Source: Selaginella moellendorffii (Eukaryota > Plantae > Lycopodiophyta). Taken from it: 64,000 nucleotides of DNA. A model generated the notes under the pieces. The model saw only the letters and a program-made list of their open reading frames with translations, was not told the origin of the DNA and ran no database searches. Where the stretch lies: assembly GCF_000143415.4 (NCBI RefSeq), contig NW_003314262.1, positions 3,293,256 to 3,357,255 of the forward strand, in the 5' to 3' direction. This document shows, piece after piece, positions 12,572-24,380 of this stretch (position 1 is its first letter; each line of letters starts with the position of its first letter). Made by a program: the position numbers and the translations under genes.

Positions 12572-15500
12572 ATGGCGAAGCTGCCGTGCGCGGGGCGGAG
12601 GAACATCCTCGTCACATCGGCGCTGCCATACGTGAACAACGTGCCGCATCTCGGAAATATCATCGGATGTAAGTGTTGATCTCGCGATTTGGCTTATTTT
12701 TTCCAGCGAAATATTTCGAGGATTTCTTCCTTCTCGATCGAATTTCTGTCGAAATCTTTCTTAGTCTAGTTTGCGACTGTTGCAGCTGTGCTGAGCGCCG
12801 ACGTCTTCGCGAGATATGGCCGACTGCGGGGCTACAATATCATCTACATGTGTGGGACGGATGAATACGGCACAGCGACTGAGACTAAGGCCCTGGAAGA
12901 GAAGACGAGCCCAAAGGAGATTTGTGACAAGTAAGAGTTGCTCTTTACCCTTGTTCTTCCTAGTACGAGAACTAAAATCTTCGACTTTTGTCTAAGGTAC
13001 CACGACGTGCACAAGAAAGTCTATGACTGGTTTGATATCCGATTCGATAAGTTTGGGAGAACGTCTAGCCCCGAGCAAACTGTGATCTGCCAGTCGATTT
13101 TCAAGAAGCTGCTTGCGCAAGATAGGCTTTATGAAGACAAGATTAATCAGGCATGTAGAGTTTTTCTTTCTTTCTCTGTCTCTCTGACGGGTATTTGTTT
13201 CAGCTTTACTGCGAGTCTTGCCAGCGGTTTCTTGCTGATAGGTTCGTCATTGGCACTTGTCCCAAGTGTGGAATGACGGCCAGAGGTGACCAATGCGAGA
13301 AGTGTACGCACGTTCTAAACCCGGGGGAGCTTGTCGAACCAAAGTGCAAGGTAAGATTGTCAATCACTTGTACGTTATATTTCTTCGGTTTCATGCAGAT
13401 TTGCAACAGTAGTCCTCATTTAAGAGAAACAACGCATCTGTTCCTTGATCTGCCCAAGATAAAGAACGAGCTGGTGGATTACGTCGAGAAAACATCTATA
13501 GCTGGTGGTTGGAGTTCAAACTCTATTACGATCACGAATGCATGGATCCGAGATGGCTTGAAGGGCAGATGTATAACGCGCGATCTGAAGTGGGGAGTTC
13601 CGGTTCCCTTACCCAGATTCGAGGACAAGGTATTTTTGAGCCTGATGTTTTCTAAACTGACGAGAGCCTCCTTTAGGTGTTCTACGTCTGGTTTGATGCT
13701 CCTATTGGCTACATTTCGATCACTGCAAACTACACTCCCGAATGGGAGCAATGGTGGAAGTCGGAAGATGTTGAGCTTTTTCAGTTCATGGGGAAAGACA
13801 ATGTGACGTTTCACACGGTGAGACATTGTTGTATTCAGTGTAGTCATCTGGTTTCTGACATCCATTTTAGGTGATTTTTCCTTGCACCTTGTTGGGAACG
13901 GGCGAGCGCTGGACGATGATGAAAACATTGAGTGCCACAGAGTATCTGAATTATGAAGGAGGTATGTCATCTCAGTTGTTGTATGCGTGTATTAACTGGT
14001 GAAGTTAAAACAGCTAAGTTTTCAAAGAGTGCGGGCATTGGAGTTTTTGGCAACGATGCACAGGATACGAATGTTCCTGTTGAAGTCTGGAGATACTATC
14101 TTCTCTCCATTCGTCCAGAGGTGAGTTTTAGAACTTTTATCCAGTTCCGCAAAAGAAACGACCGATCTTTTTATTTCAGGCTGCCGATACGTTCTTCAGC
14201 TGGGCCGACTTGCAGGCTAAACAAAACAATGAGCTGTTAAAAAACCTTGGGAATTTCGTTCACAGGTGTCTGAGCTTCTTAGCAAAACCTGAAGGTGGGA
14301 AAGAATGAATGCGCCTCTATGCTTATGATCTTTTATCCAGGCCAAGGATACGGTTCAAAGATACCTGATGCTCCGGGTGCAGAGGAGCATGCGCTGACCG
14401 TGAAACTTGCAGAAGAAGTGTCAGAGCTTCTTCAGCAATACGTAGATTCGATGGAGAAGGTTACTGAGTATTTTGTTTCTTAGTGTTCGTCTGACTTTCT
14501 GCATTCCAGACGAAACTCAAAAACGGACTGAAGGTAGCGATGAGCATTTCAAGCCTTGGCAATTCTTACTTGCAAGTAAGTTTTGACGTGACTGTATCTC
14601 GTTCAAATTTAATGGGCTGATCCCGTAGGAGTCGGAATTTTGGCGCCTCTATAAAGAAGACCGCCCGTCTTGCAATATAGTTGTAAGGACAGCAATTGGT
14701 CTTGTTAAGATTTTGGCGACCATTCTCGAGCCGTTCATGCCATCCTTTTCAAAGAAGGTAGAACAAACTGTTTCAGTTGAGAGCTTCTCTTGACTTCTTT
14801 ACAGGTCGCATCACAATTAGGATTAGACTTATCCGATCTTTCGCTCATTGATGCGGATGTGGAGGCTTTCAGGACTCCCTGGGTTCTCCTCCGAGATGGT
14901 CATGTCATTGGACAACCCGATACAATATTCTTTGAGATGGTACTTCAAAATTTGGTTCTGTTTTTGGTTTCCTTCGTCAAGTTTGATTTTCTCTTTTTTC
15001 AGAGTGACGAGGAAGTTCAGGCGTACCGTAAAAGGTTTGCTGGGTCTCAGGCTGAGCGTGCCTGCTCGGAAGAAGCAGCAAAGAAAGCGGACGTCAAAGC
15101 AAAAGCAGATATCAAGACGAAGGCTGATGCCAAACCGAAGAAAAAGAACGCTACTGTTAACGCCGCTGATGTTAAGACACCTGTGGACATTAGACTGGCT
15201 GATATCAGAGTAGGCAGGATCGTCAAAGTTGCAAAGCACCCGAATGCAGATTCTTTGTATGTTGAAGAAATTGACGTCGGTGAAGACACTCCGAGGACGG
15301 TTGTTAGCGGTCTGGTGAAGTTCATACCACTAGAGGAGATGGAGGTAAATCTACTGAGATTCGTTTCTTCTTAATGGCTTCTTTTTCTACAGAATCGGCG
15401 AGTTTGCGTCATCTGTAATCTCAAGCCTGCGAAGATGCGAGGAGTGCTGTCTCAAGCGATGGTTCTGGCAGCTTCAAACAAGGAGGAGACAAAGGTAACA

Positions 15501-15776
15501 CTAGCCGGTTTTAGGCAGCGTCAATACTAAACCGATCATTTTTCACTGCAGGTGGAACTGGTAGAGCCTCCTGAAGGTGCTGTTATCGGCGAGAGAGTAA
15601 CCTGTCCGGGGTATGAAGGCGACGCTGACGCTGTGCTCAAGCCTAAAGACTGGGCAGTCGTACAGCCTGATTTGCAGACAAGCAGTGAGCTGATTGCAGT
15701 GTACAAGGGAGCACCATTCTCAACCACTGGTGGAGTTTGCAAGGTGGCATCCCTCGCAAGCGGCTCCATCAAGTAG
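12572..15776 (+). CDS. Cytosolic methionyl-tRNA synthetase with C-terminal EMAPII/tRNA-binding OB domain
   Basis: [22 protein letters not shown] (HIGH-like), CGTDEYGT, zinc-knuckle CxxC pairs, [51 protein letters not shown]; many introns of about 50 nt. Confidence 0.96.
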
Positions 15777-15813
15777 TGGTTCATAAACACAACTTTTTGT
15801 ACTGACTCCAGTT

Positions 15814-18462
15814 CTACTGGAAATAATTGAGTTTTGTTTTCAGATTCTTTCCAGTGGACATAGCGTTCGAGAGTGATACGTACGGTGCACAGTCGAGAGG
15901 CTGCAGCTTGGCGGCAGTATCAGCTGCTCGAGCTGCTGTTTCGGCGTCACCATGCACCAAGCAAGCGCCGAGCAGGGAATTCCAGGCCACGGGATTTGGC
16001 AGATGAGTAGCAAGTTCTTCGGCTCTGTGGAACTTCCCAGCTCGGGCAAGCAGGTCTAGTAGACAGGCATAGTGCTGGACAGTGGGCTTGAGGTTGTGGT
16101 CACTGCTCATGGCGTACAGATAGCTGACAGCTTCGTCCATCAAACCAGTGTGGCTGCATCCAGACAGAATGCTGATGAAGGTGACGGCGTTGGGCTGGAT
16201 ACCTCCGTGAAGCATTCCTCGAAAGGCTTGTAGAGCTCCGTCAGCGTCACCGTTGTGAGCACAGGCTGCGGCCATGGCACTCCAGGAAACGACGTTCTTC
16301 TGGGTGAGAGCATGGAAAACTTTTCGAGCTCGAGACAAGTTCCCGCAACGACTGTACATATGTAGCAGAGTGTTAGCAACGTCAATGTCGGAGTCCAGGC
16401 CGCAAGCGGCAGCCAGTGCGTGGATCTTCACCCCCTGGAGCAACTTAGAAGGATCTCCGGCACAGGCGTTCAGGATATTGACGAAGGTGGTCTTGTCGGG
16501 ATGGCGACCGTGGTGGAGCATTCTCTGGAAGGTACCCAAGGCTTGGTTTGGCAGACCATTTTGATTCCAGGCGGAGAGCATGGAGTTCCAAGTGACAACG
16601 TCCTCAACGCTTTGTTGGAGTAGCTCTTTGAAGACGTTCTCGGCTGCTTGCAAGTCCCCGGACGTCCCATACAGTGTGACCAGAGCATTTCCAACAACGG
16701 TGGAGGTTGCAAAACCGAAGGCAGCTGCTTGTGCGTGGAACTCTATGCCTCGTTTCAAGTCGTGGAGATTGGCAGCGGCTTTGATGACAGTGACCATGGT
16801 AACAGGATCCGGTTTGTGGCCGTGGAGCTGCATGGCTCGGTAGACACGGATGGCTGCTTCGTTGTCTTCGTTCTGCTCGCAAGCGAGGATCATCGACGTC
16901 CAGGATATTACGTTGGTACGGGGCATTTGATCGAGAACTTGAGCAGCATCCGCCAGCCTTCGACAGTTTCCATACATTTTGATCAGAGCAGACCCAAGAA
17001 CAACGTCGGTTTGGTTTGAAGGCCAGGACTGGCTGATCCTGGAATGGATCTCTACGGCTCTTGAGAGGTCTCCCATCATTCCGCAAGCATCCGCGGCGCT
17101 TACGAAGGTGATTGCATCGGGCTTCACTCCTTCCTGCTCCATTCGTCTGAAAAACTCGAGAGCTTCGCCAGCTTTTCCTTCTTGGACATGTCCCGAGATA
17201 ACTGCAGTCCAAGCGAACTTCTCTGGATCAAGATGCTCCTGCTGCTGCATTTCCTGCAAGAGTTTTGAGGCTTGTTCGCTACGGCCGTTTTGAGCGTAGG
17301 CAGTCACCATGGCAGTCCACGAGATTTTATCTTTCGTGGGCATCCTCTTGAAGACTTCTTCCGCTTCGTACAAGCTTCCACATTTGCTGTACATGTTGAC
17401 GAGGCTGGTTCCAAGGACAACGTCCGACTCGATCCATCCTTCCTCGCTACTGATCAAGTGGAGGACCCTGCCGTGTCCCAGAGCTAAGAGGTTGGAACAG
17501 GATATAAGCAGCGCGACCGCAGTAAAGCTGTCCGGCTTCGTTCCTTGCTGCTGCATCTGGAAAAACAGCTGAAGAGCGTCGCGGTCGAAGCCATGAGTGA
17601 CAGAAGCGGATATAATCGTGCTCCAGGAAGCCGGACTTTTCTCCACCATCTCTTCGAAAACACGATACGCGTCTTGAAAGGTACCGCACTTTGCAAACAT
17701 GTTGATGGTGGAAGTGCTAACGAGGACGTCCGGCTTGTCCTGGCTTTGGACACTACAGGCATGGAGCAGCTCCCCGTGAACTAGAGCGGGCTCTCCTAAC
17801 TTAGAACACACATCCAGCGATTTGAGGAACGTGAAGCTATCCGGCCTGACGCCTTCGAGCAGCATGGTGCGAAAGAAACGAAGAGCTTCCAGACTCCGCT
17901 GGTTCAACGAGTACGTAACCAGCATCGCGTTCCAGGAGGTGATGTTCCTGTGCTGCATCTCGTCAAACACGGTCTTGGCATCGCTCACGCTCCCGCATCT
18001 CCCATACATGTTGACGAGAGCAGTAGCTACAACAACATCTCCAGCTGCAGCAGCTCCAGGGAAAAATCTTGTGTGGAGCTCTCGAGCTTGGTCGAGAGCG
18101 TCCGGTTGGTCGCAAGCTTCGACGATTCGCAGGAGCGCAATTCTGTCCAGCTTGACGGACTCGGAGACCATCTGCTTGACGAGCTCGAGAGCCAGCGTGG
18201 AGTACCCATTGCGGGTATATGCTGTGACCATCAGGGTCCAGGAGAAGACGTTCTTTCGCTGGATACCATCGAAAACAGCTCTTGCTTCCTCGACGCTCCG
18301 GCACTTGCCATACATCTCAACGAGACGATTTGCAAGGTACCTATCTCCCCCGTGACTGCTTTTCAGTATCTCTGCGTGGATCTTTCTACCTCGTGCTAAG
18401 TCTTTGATCTCTCCGCAGGATTGCAGCGAAGTTGCAAAGATCTCGCAAGTTTCCACTTGCAT
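15814..18462 (-). CDS. PLS-class PPR protein with E domain (882 aa), no DYW
   Basis: P-L-S triplets (ALVNMYGRCGS, NVFSWT, PDxFTF); HYACLLDLLARAG...AWNSLLGAC...PYVSLSN. Confidence 0.92.
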   Translation of the reverse strand: MQVETCEIFATSLQSCGEIKDLARGRKIHAEILKSSHGGDRYLANRLVEMYGKCRSVEEARAVFDGIQRKNVFSWTLMVTAYTRNGYSTLALELVKQMVSESVKLDRIALLRIVEACDQPDALDQARELHTRFFPGAAAAGDVVVATALVNMYGRCGSVSDAKTVFDEMQHRNITSWNAMLVTYSLNQRSLEALRFFRTMLLEGVRPDSFTFLKSLDVCSKLGEPALVHGELLHACSVQSQDKPDVLVSTSTINMFAKCGTFQDAYRVFEEMVEKSPASWSTIISASVTHGFDRDALQLFFQMQQQGTKPDSFTAVALLISCSNLLALGHGRVLHLISSEEGWIESDVVLGTSLVNMYSKCGSLYEAEEVFKRMPTKDKISWTAMVTAYAQNGRSEQASKLLQEMQQQEHLDPEKFAWTAVISGHVQEGKAGEALEFFRRMEQEGVKPDAITFVSAADACGMMGDLSRAVEIHSRISQSWPSNQTDVVLGSALIKMYGNCRRLADAAQVLDQMPRTNVISWTSMILACEQNEDNEAAIRVYRAMQLHGHKPDPVTMVTVIKAAANLHDLKRGIEFHAQAAAFGFATSTVVGNALVTLYGTSGDLQAAENVFKELLQQSVEDVVTWNSMLSAWNQNGLPNQALGTFQRMLHHGRHPDKTTFVNILNACAGDPSKLLQGVKIHALAAACGLDSDIDVANTLLHMYSRCGNLSRARKVFHALTQKNVVSWSAMAAACAHNGDADGALQAFRGMLHGGIQPNAVTFISILSGCSHTGLMDEAVSYLYAMSSDHNLKPTVQHYACLLDLLARAGKFHRAEELATHLPNPVAWNSLLGACLVHGDAETAARAADTAAKLQPLDCAPYVSLSNAMSTGKNLKTKLNYFQ

Positions 18463-18483
18463 GAGGTAAGCAAAATGGTGGTT

Positions 18484-19959
18484 TCACTCACCTGGATTTT
18501 TCGTTGTTGCGTAGAAGTTCGACACTGAGATGTACGCCTGTCCCTTCTCGGACTCCAGCTCTAGGACTTGCTCCGCGATGCCAGCGCCGCGACTAAACTC
18601 CCCATGAACGTTACAAAAGCCGAGCAGCGTGGCCGACACGAGCTGGACGAGCTCCGAGTTAAAGTCACTTCGACCGGACAAGAGTCTCTGGGCTTCGTCC
18701 AGCCTTCCAGCCCGTCCCAGGATGTCGATCACGCACACGCAATGCTGCTCCAGGGGCTTGACGGAGTAGTCCGGCAGCATCGAGCTCAGCCAGTAGAGCG
18801 ACTCGTCGACGAGCCCGGCATGGCTGCACGAGAAGAGAAGGCTGACAAACGTGACCTTGTTGGGGGCAACGCCGTCGAGCAGCATCTCCCGGAAGAGCTC
18901 CACCGCCGGCTCGTGGTGGCCGTTCTGCGCATAGGCCGCGACGATGGCACTCCAGGTGACGACGTTCTTCACTTTCATGCTCGAGAAGAGGCTCCTCGAC
19001 TCGTGAACAAGCCCGGCCTTGGCGTAGAAGTTTAGCAGCGCGTTCCCGACGACACCATCGCATTCCACCGACGAGGCTAGCAAGCGAGAGTGGAGGACAG
19101 TGCCTTGCTCCAGTGACGGGATGCTAGAGCAAGCGTCAATAGCAGCGACGAATGCAAACCTGTCCGGCTCGAGACCTTGGAGGTCCATCTTCCGGAAGAG
19201 AAGCAGCGCCTCTCTGGCATGCCCGAGCTGGTTATACGCCGTCATCATCGCAGTCCAGGCGATCAAGTCGGGATCCAGGACTTGGAGCTGCATTCTCTCG
19301 AAGATCTCCGCAGCCTGTTCGATATGCCCGTTCTGGGCATACGCGTCGATCATGGCAGTGGAGCATATCACCGTCGGGTTCTCGAGGCTGTGGAAGATCT
19401 TCACGGCGGGGTTGACGCAGCCACACCGGCCATACATGCTGATGAGCGAAGTCGCCAGGACGGACGTGAGTTTGAGGCCCTGCTGGTGGATTCTCGAGTG
19501 GATGGTCTTGCCGAGCGAGAGGAAGGCGAGGCCGAGGTTGGAGCAGGCTTCCAGGATGGCGGAGAAGGTGAACTCGTCGGACTGGACGCCGTGGACGTCC
19601 ATCTCGCGGAAGAGCTCCACGGCCTCGAAGAAGAGGCCGTTGTGGGTGTGAGCGACGATGAGGATGGTCCAGGTGAAGACGTTCTTGCGGCTCACGGTGT
19701 GGAAGACGGCGATGGCGTCGTGGACGCTGCGGCAGCGGCCATACATCTGGATGAGGAGGTTGCAGAGGTAGCGGTCGCGGTGGTAGCCGCTGGTGATCAT
19801 CTGGAGGTGGACCGCTCGCCCGGCGTCCAGGTTCTTGGCGTCACCGTGGAGCTTGAGCATGGACTTGAAGAAGTGGACGCGCTTGGGATCCAGCGCGTGG
19901 GTCTTTCTCGCTGCTACTGGTGGTGGCTCCTTGAGCTCTGGATTCAATCGCAACAACAT
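18484..19959 (-). CDS. PLS-class PPR protein with E domain (491 aa); same frame as the downstream PPR ORF
   Basis: PPR motifs, HCVCVIDILGRAG, AYISVSNFY; stop codon lies 21 nt from the next ATG, in frame. Confidence 0.88.
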   Translation of the reverse strand: MLLRLNPELKEPPPVAARKTHALDPKRVHFFKSMLKLHGDAKNLDAGRAVHLQMITSGYHRDRYLCNLLIQMYGRCRSVHDAIAVFHTVSRKNVFTWTILIVAHTHNGLFFEAVELFREMDVHGVQSDEFTFSAILEACSNLGLAFLSLGKTIHSRIHQQGLKLTSVLATSLISMYGRCGCVNPAVKIFHSLENPTVICSTAMIDAYAQNGHIEQAAEIFERMQLQVLDPDLIAWTAMMTAYNQLGHAREALLLFRKMDLQGLEPDRFAFVAAIDACSSIPSLEQGTVLHSRLLASSVECDGVVGNALLNFYAKAGLVHESRSLFSSMKVKNVVTWSAIVAAYAQNGHHEPAVELFREMLLDGVAPNKVTFVSLLFSCSHAGLVDESLYWLSSMLPDYSVKPLEQHCVCVIDILGRAGRLDEAQRLLSGRSDFNSELVQLVSATLLGFCNVHGEFSRGAGIAEQVLELESEKGQAYISVSNFYATTKNPGE

Positions 19960-20151
19960 CGCGCGGCATTGGAAGAAAAAAGAGGTTTTTAGATCATCGT
20001 TCGATTGTTACAGATGATGTAAGTGGTAACCTCTGGCTCACTTTAGTATGAAGTTCTTAGCAAAGGTAACGCGAGCGGAAGTTTTAGTTTAAACTTTGAT
20101 TCTTTTGTAACAAGAGCCACCAGGTTTCTGTTTTAGTCACTTTTGAAGAGC

Positions 20152-21750
20152 TTAATACAAACTCCATGGAACAGTCATCACATACTGATGAACCCTGTTC
20201 ATCCCGGCAACCTCTCTCTGATACAAGGATCCATCGTCTTTCTTGAAGCCCTGGTACGTGTATCCCTCAAAGCTAGGCTCGGGAACGACGTAGATGAGTT
20301 TGTACTGCTTGGGACGCACCAGCTTGAGCTTGTCATGCAACTCATCCAACCCCTGAACGAGCTCGTGGATCTTGGACCAATAGACCGGATGCGTGGCTGA
20401 TGTTGTAACCTGGAGAATTACGTCCGGAGTGACCAGCGAATCGAAAGATTTCTCGTTTGACGCGTAAGGCTCCACGAAGCAATTGTCAGGCAAGCCTGCA
20501 AGGCCCCGTGATTCCTCCGTCCCCGCACGATAAGCGTCCACAGGACTCACGTCCTTGGCGTATACGTTGAAACCAGACCCCACGCAGCGCTTCTTTACGA
20601 ACACTTTCCACTCGCGCAGCCGCTTCACTGACGTTGGCCTCCGATGGAAGAGTTCGACGCCGTCACCTTCCTCTTCCAGGGATCGAAGATCAAACTCGTC
20701 ACCTCCAGTGGCAAGTACCTTGTGGACGTGCTGCTGGTATATTTTGCCCGCCAAGGTGTTTGCAACCGGATATCCCCGGCATAAGTCGAAAAAGTCACGG
20801 AAAGCCTGAAACCCCTGCTCCTCAAACCTTTCAAAAGCAAGCTTCTGAATGCAGTCCGAGCCAAACACCAGGTGTATGTTCGAGTCGAATCTGTCAGTCG
20901 TAAGACGGTAGTGGAGCAGAATATCAGAAACAGCGGGGTCCTTGTCCGAGTTGAGTGTGCAGTGGAGCACTTTTCTCCAGCTCTCCACCCTGGCAGCTGC
21001 CTCGTGCACCAACCCTTGGAGCGCGGCCACCGAGAACTTCTCCGCGTTGAAGAGAAGCCTTGGTAGCCCGCCACAGTAGTAAAAGCGGACACCGATTTCC
21101 TCGTCTGTCATTCCCAGCTCAAGCTCCTGGTTGCACTGCTGCAGTTCCTCGAGAGACCAGGCTCCCAGGCGGCATATATAGCCATGGTCCTTGGAGAACT
21201 CGTGGTAGCCAGTGCGATCCGGCGATCCGACGCACTGGATGAGAGGCCCCAGGTGGCTTATTCCCCTCGAGCCCCCGTCGACGATGAGCCAGACGCTCGT
21301 CATGTCCCACCCCCGCGGTCGAGTATACCATTTCGATTGCAGCACCAGAGGATCGTCCAGCGAGAAGTCGAAGAAAAAGTACTCTGGATCTTCGGTCCTC
21401 CACACTACTTTCTGTCCTTCCTGAGCTCTACTGTGAAAGAAGTAGTGGCCATAGAACGTCTTGCCAATACCTGGCGTTGAAACGATGTGGAAGTTCTTCA
21501 ACCCTTTCCTCTCATTCACGACCCTGCTCCACTTCTCCGCAATGAACTGATCCATGAAAAGGTAGTTTGGATGGACCCAGAGCTTGGACAGGTTGTAACG
21601 GCCCAAGAAGCCAGACGGGATGTGGAGGCAGCGGTCCTGGAGCCTGGCATGCTTTACCTCCCGGCCGTAGGCAGCGAGAAAAGGATCTGACACACAGAAA
21701 CTGTTAGAGATAATTCGTGACGCCTAGATCATACCGAGCTCCTCGCTCAT
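20152..21750 (-). CDS. Crinkler/RHS-type protein: P-loop NTPase plus restriction-endonuclease-like C-terminus
   Basis: Exon 1 ATG at 21750 (MSEEL), 48-nt GT-AG intron 21734-21687. Walker A STPGIGKT, Walker B WLIVDG, AWSLEEL, CGGLPR, and N..SFDS...LQVTTSATHPV nuclease-like motif. Confidence 0.75.
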
Positions 21751-23208
21751 CTCGCTGTCGCCGAAAACCCTAGCACGGTGTAGCGGTCTAAGAAAAAATA
21801 AGCTATAGTAGGTTTCTCAAAGAATAAAAACATTCCTCGCAAAAAAAAAAAAAAAAGAATCCCTCTAGACGAATTTCTTGCGTGGAAGAAGCCCAGATCC
21901 TTCTGGCGTGACGCCTAACCCTAGATTGCGAGAAAACAGGGATGGCCCGGCTCGTCACGATATCTCAATCAGAGGATGATATCATGCAAGAAGATTGGCC
22001 TCTGAGGCACAAGAATGCACTACAAACCACCCCCCCGACCCCCTTGCCACGTCATCACTGTCCGTTCTCCTCGTGTCAAGCCTCGTGTCAAGTATTGACT
22101 ATGCCACTATGCCACTTCTTTTCAAAGGTTCTGTTTAACAATGTACTCCACAACTCAAGTTATTAACGCATTTCCAAATTACTTCCATTCTAGATGACAC
22201 CAACAATGAGCAGCACTGTTCCATGCTATATAGAAGTCACTAGCAATTTCTTGACTCTGTAATCTCAACTTCCCTCACTCCAACAGCAATTTAGCATGCC
22301 CTTTTATTCCTTTTGAAAGCTGATTCAAAGTTCAAGAAAAAGTTTTGAATTTTAAAAGTAAAGTTTTTATTTGATATAACTTTAAATTGGGAAATAGTTA
22401 AAGGAGCCATTTGTGGCCAAAACTTCTTTATATGCTACATAGTGTACTAATACAATATGAAGGACAATTTGTTTCAGCAATATCACTAAGTCTATTTGCT
22501 AATTTTGCAAAAATGTAAAAAGAGACATCTTTAATGGAGATCTTCTAAATACCTTGTTACAGGCTTATTTGCTGTAATGTATATAGTTTTCACCTTTTAC
22601 ATTGATGTTAGAGGTAGAAACAACATTATTCAGAACACTTTTTACATTCTATTGATATGATAACTTGTAAATTTAGACACTTTCCATAAATAACACAGAA
22701 TTAAAATGGGACCAATATATAAGGCATGATAGTGAGGGTTTTACAGACATAATAAGATATCATGTTAGCAATATTGAGGAAATAATACCTAATATATAAG
22801 ATTTTTTGTCAAACTAATGCAAGACAGTAAAAAAGAACTAATAAATTGGGCTAAGTATACTTGTTGTGAATGTGATTACGGGTATCAAAAGTTATTTATT
22901 AGTGAGTTATTTTAAATATTCTTTCTTTACTGCTATGATGGCAGAAAATTAGTATTGTTGGACCTTTTATTACACTCTCTTGTGCTACTAGAGTTAACTG
23001 GGCATTTTGAATGTAATTATATTGGACGAGCATAAAAATGGAATTCTTACATACTATTACCTAAACATGCTTAGCCTGGTAAAGAGTTTCTATCTCATTG
23101 TATCTTGCACTGGCTAATGATAAACACTCCTACAATATTGAGTTTAATCCCTCAATATTCACTAAATAATAACTTATTATGTCCACTAAGACACCCTTGT
23201 TATCATAC

Positions 23209-24380
23209 TGTGAGACATAAATACCTAAGCTCCAAAGTGGAGCCAAAAGTGTGTTATATATTAGTGGTTAAAGTAGGAGTTCACGAATATAACACGTTTG
23301 GACCAAAAGTTTCAACTTGGGAAGTTAAGAGTGGGAGTGGAACTCCCAACAAAGTGCTTGAAGAAAGAGTACAAAGTGATCAATGAATTAGTCTCTAGTA
23401 AAGGGACACAAAAGGACCAACATATGGCAAATGTTATGACACATAGAAGTGTCGGGACCGAGTTCGAGATGGAATTGGAGAAAGAGTCCAAAATGGAGTT
23501 TGCAATAGAATCTGAGATGGAATCTGAAATGGAGTCTGAAATGGAAATCAAGACCAAAACCAAGACCCATGTGGTGGGTGATGATATAACCATTGAGGAG
23601 TCCAATGTTAGAGTGAACACATAGGTAACTTGGTGAAGTGTTCAGAAACTGACTCTAACTCCCCCGAAAAATTAAATGGTTGATGCTCCCAATCCAAGTA
23701 TGGGTGGCATTACTTACTTGGATACTTGGTGTGGCTCATCAAAACCTCATTCTAGCCACTTGGCTAGTGCACCCAGAGGTGGAAGATGGGGGAGTACCCA
23801 TGGGGCTTATATAGGGCCATGGTGTTTTGAAATGTTGTTTTAAATCCTAGACTGTGGAAAGGAAAATGAGTAGTCCTTTTGTATAGTTAGTAAGGGTATG
23901 GTCACGTGGTGAAGAAGTTCTAAAGGTGAATATGGAACTTTAGGCCTTAATCCAACAGCAATGTTGGCAAGCACTACTATGGACGAAAAGGGACTTGGTG
24001 GGGATTGAAAGGATATTAGGGAAGGGTGTTCCCCATATCTCCAAAGGTGTGGTCATGGGATGACCATTTAGGGATGGATGGCCCAATTTTTGGGAAATGG
24101 GATTAAGGTATAGGTGGTTTTAGATTACCAATAAAATAAAAGTGAATAAACACAGCCTTAGTATAGTGGGTTAATATATCAATGGTACCTTTCGGTGTTT
24201 ATAGTGAAATTGGACATATGAAGAACTTAAACCAAGTGCAAAAGCAAAGGGGCATAGAGGCCATTTATGAGGCTAATAAGTCTCTAAGTCGAGAATAGAA
24301 CTTATGGAGGTTGTGATCCTCTAAATGGTTAAATGTGTAATTAAGTAACTAAAGTGGAATAGAAAAATTAGTTGTTTATA
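23209..24380. mobile_element. Probable solo LTR (about 1.17 kb) inserted in the 5' LTR of B copy 1
   Basis: Starts TG. LTR homology stops at 23208 and resumes at 24381. Flanks CATAC/TATGC fit a decayed CATGC TSD (the intact LTR reads TCATGC at about 27194). Confidence 0.55.

Noticed and set aside
23298-23624. 108-aa ORF with ESEM repeats
   Set aside because: Low-complexity 12-bp tandem units inside a probable solo LTR; no protein family evident.
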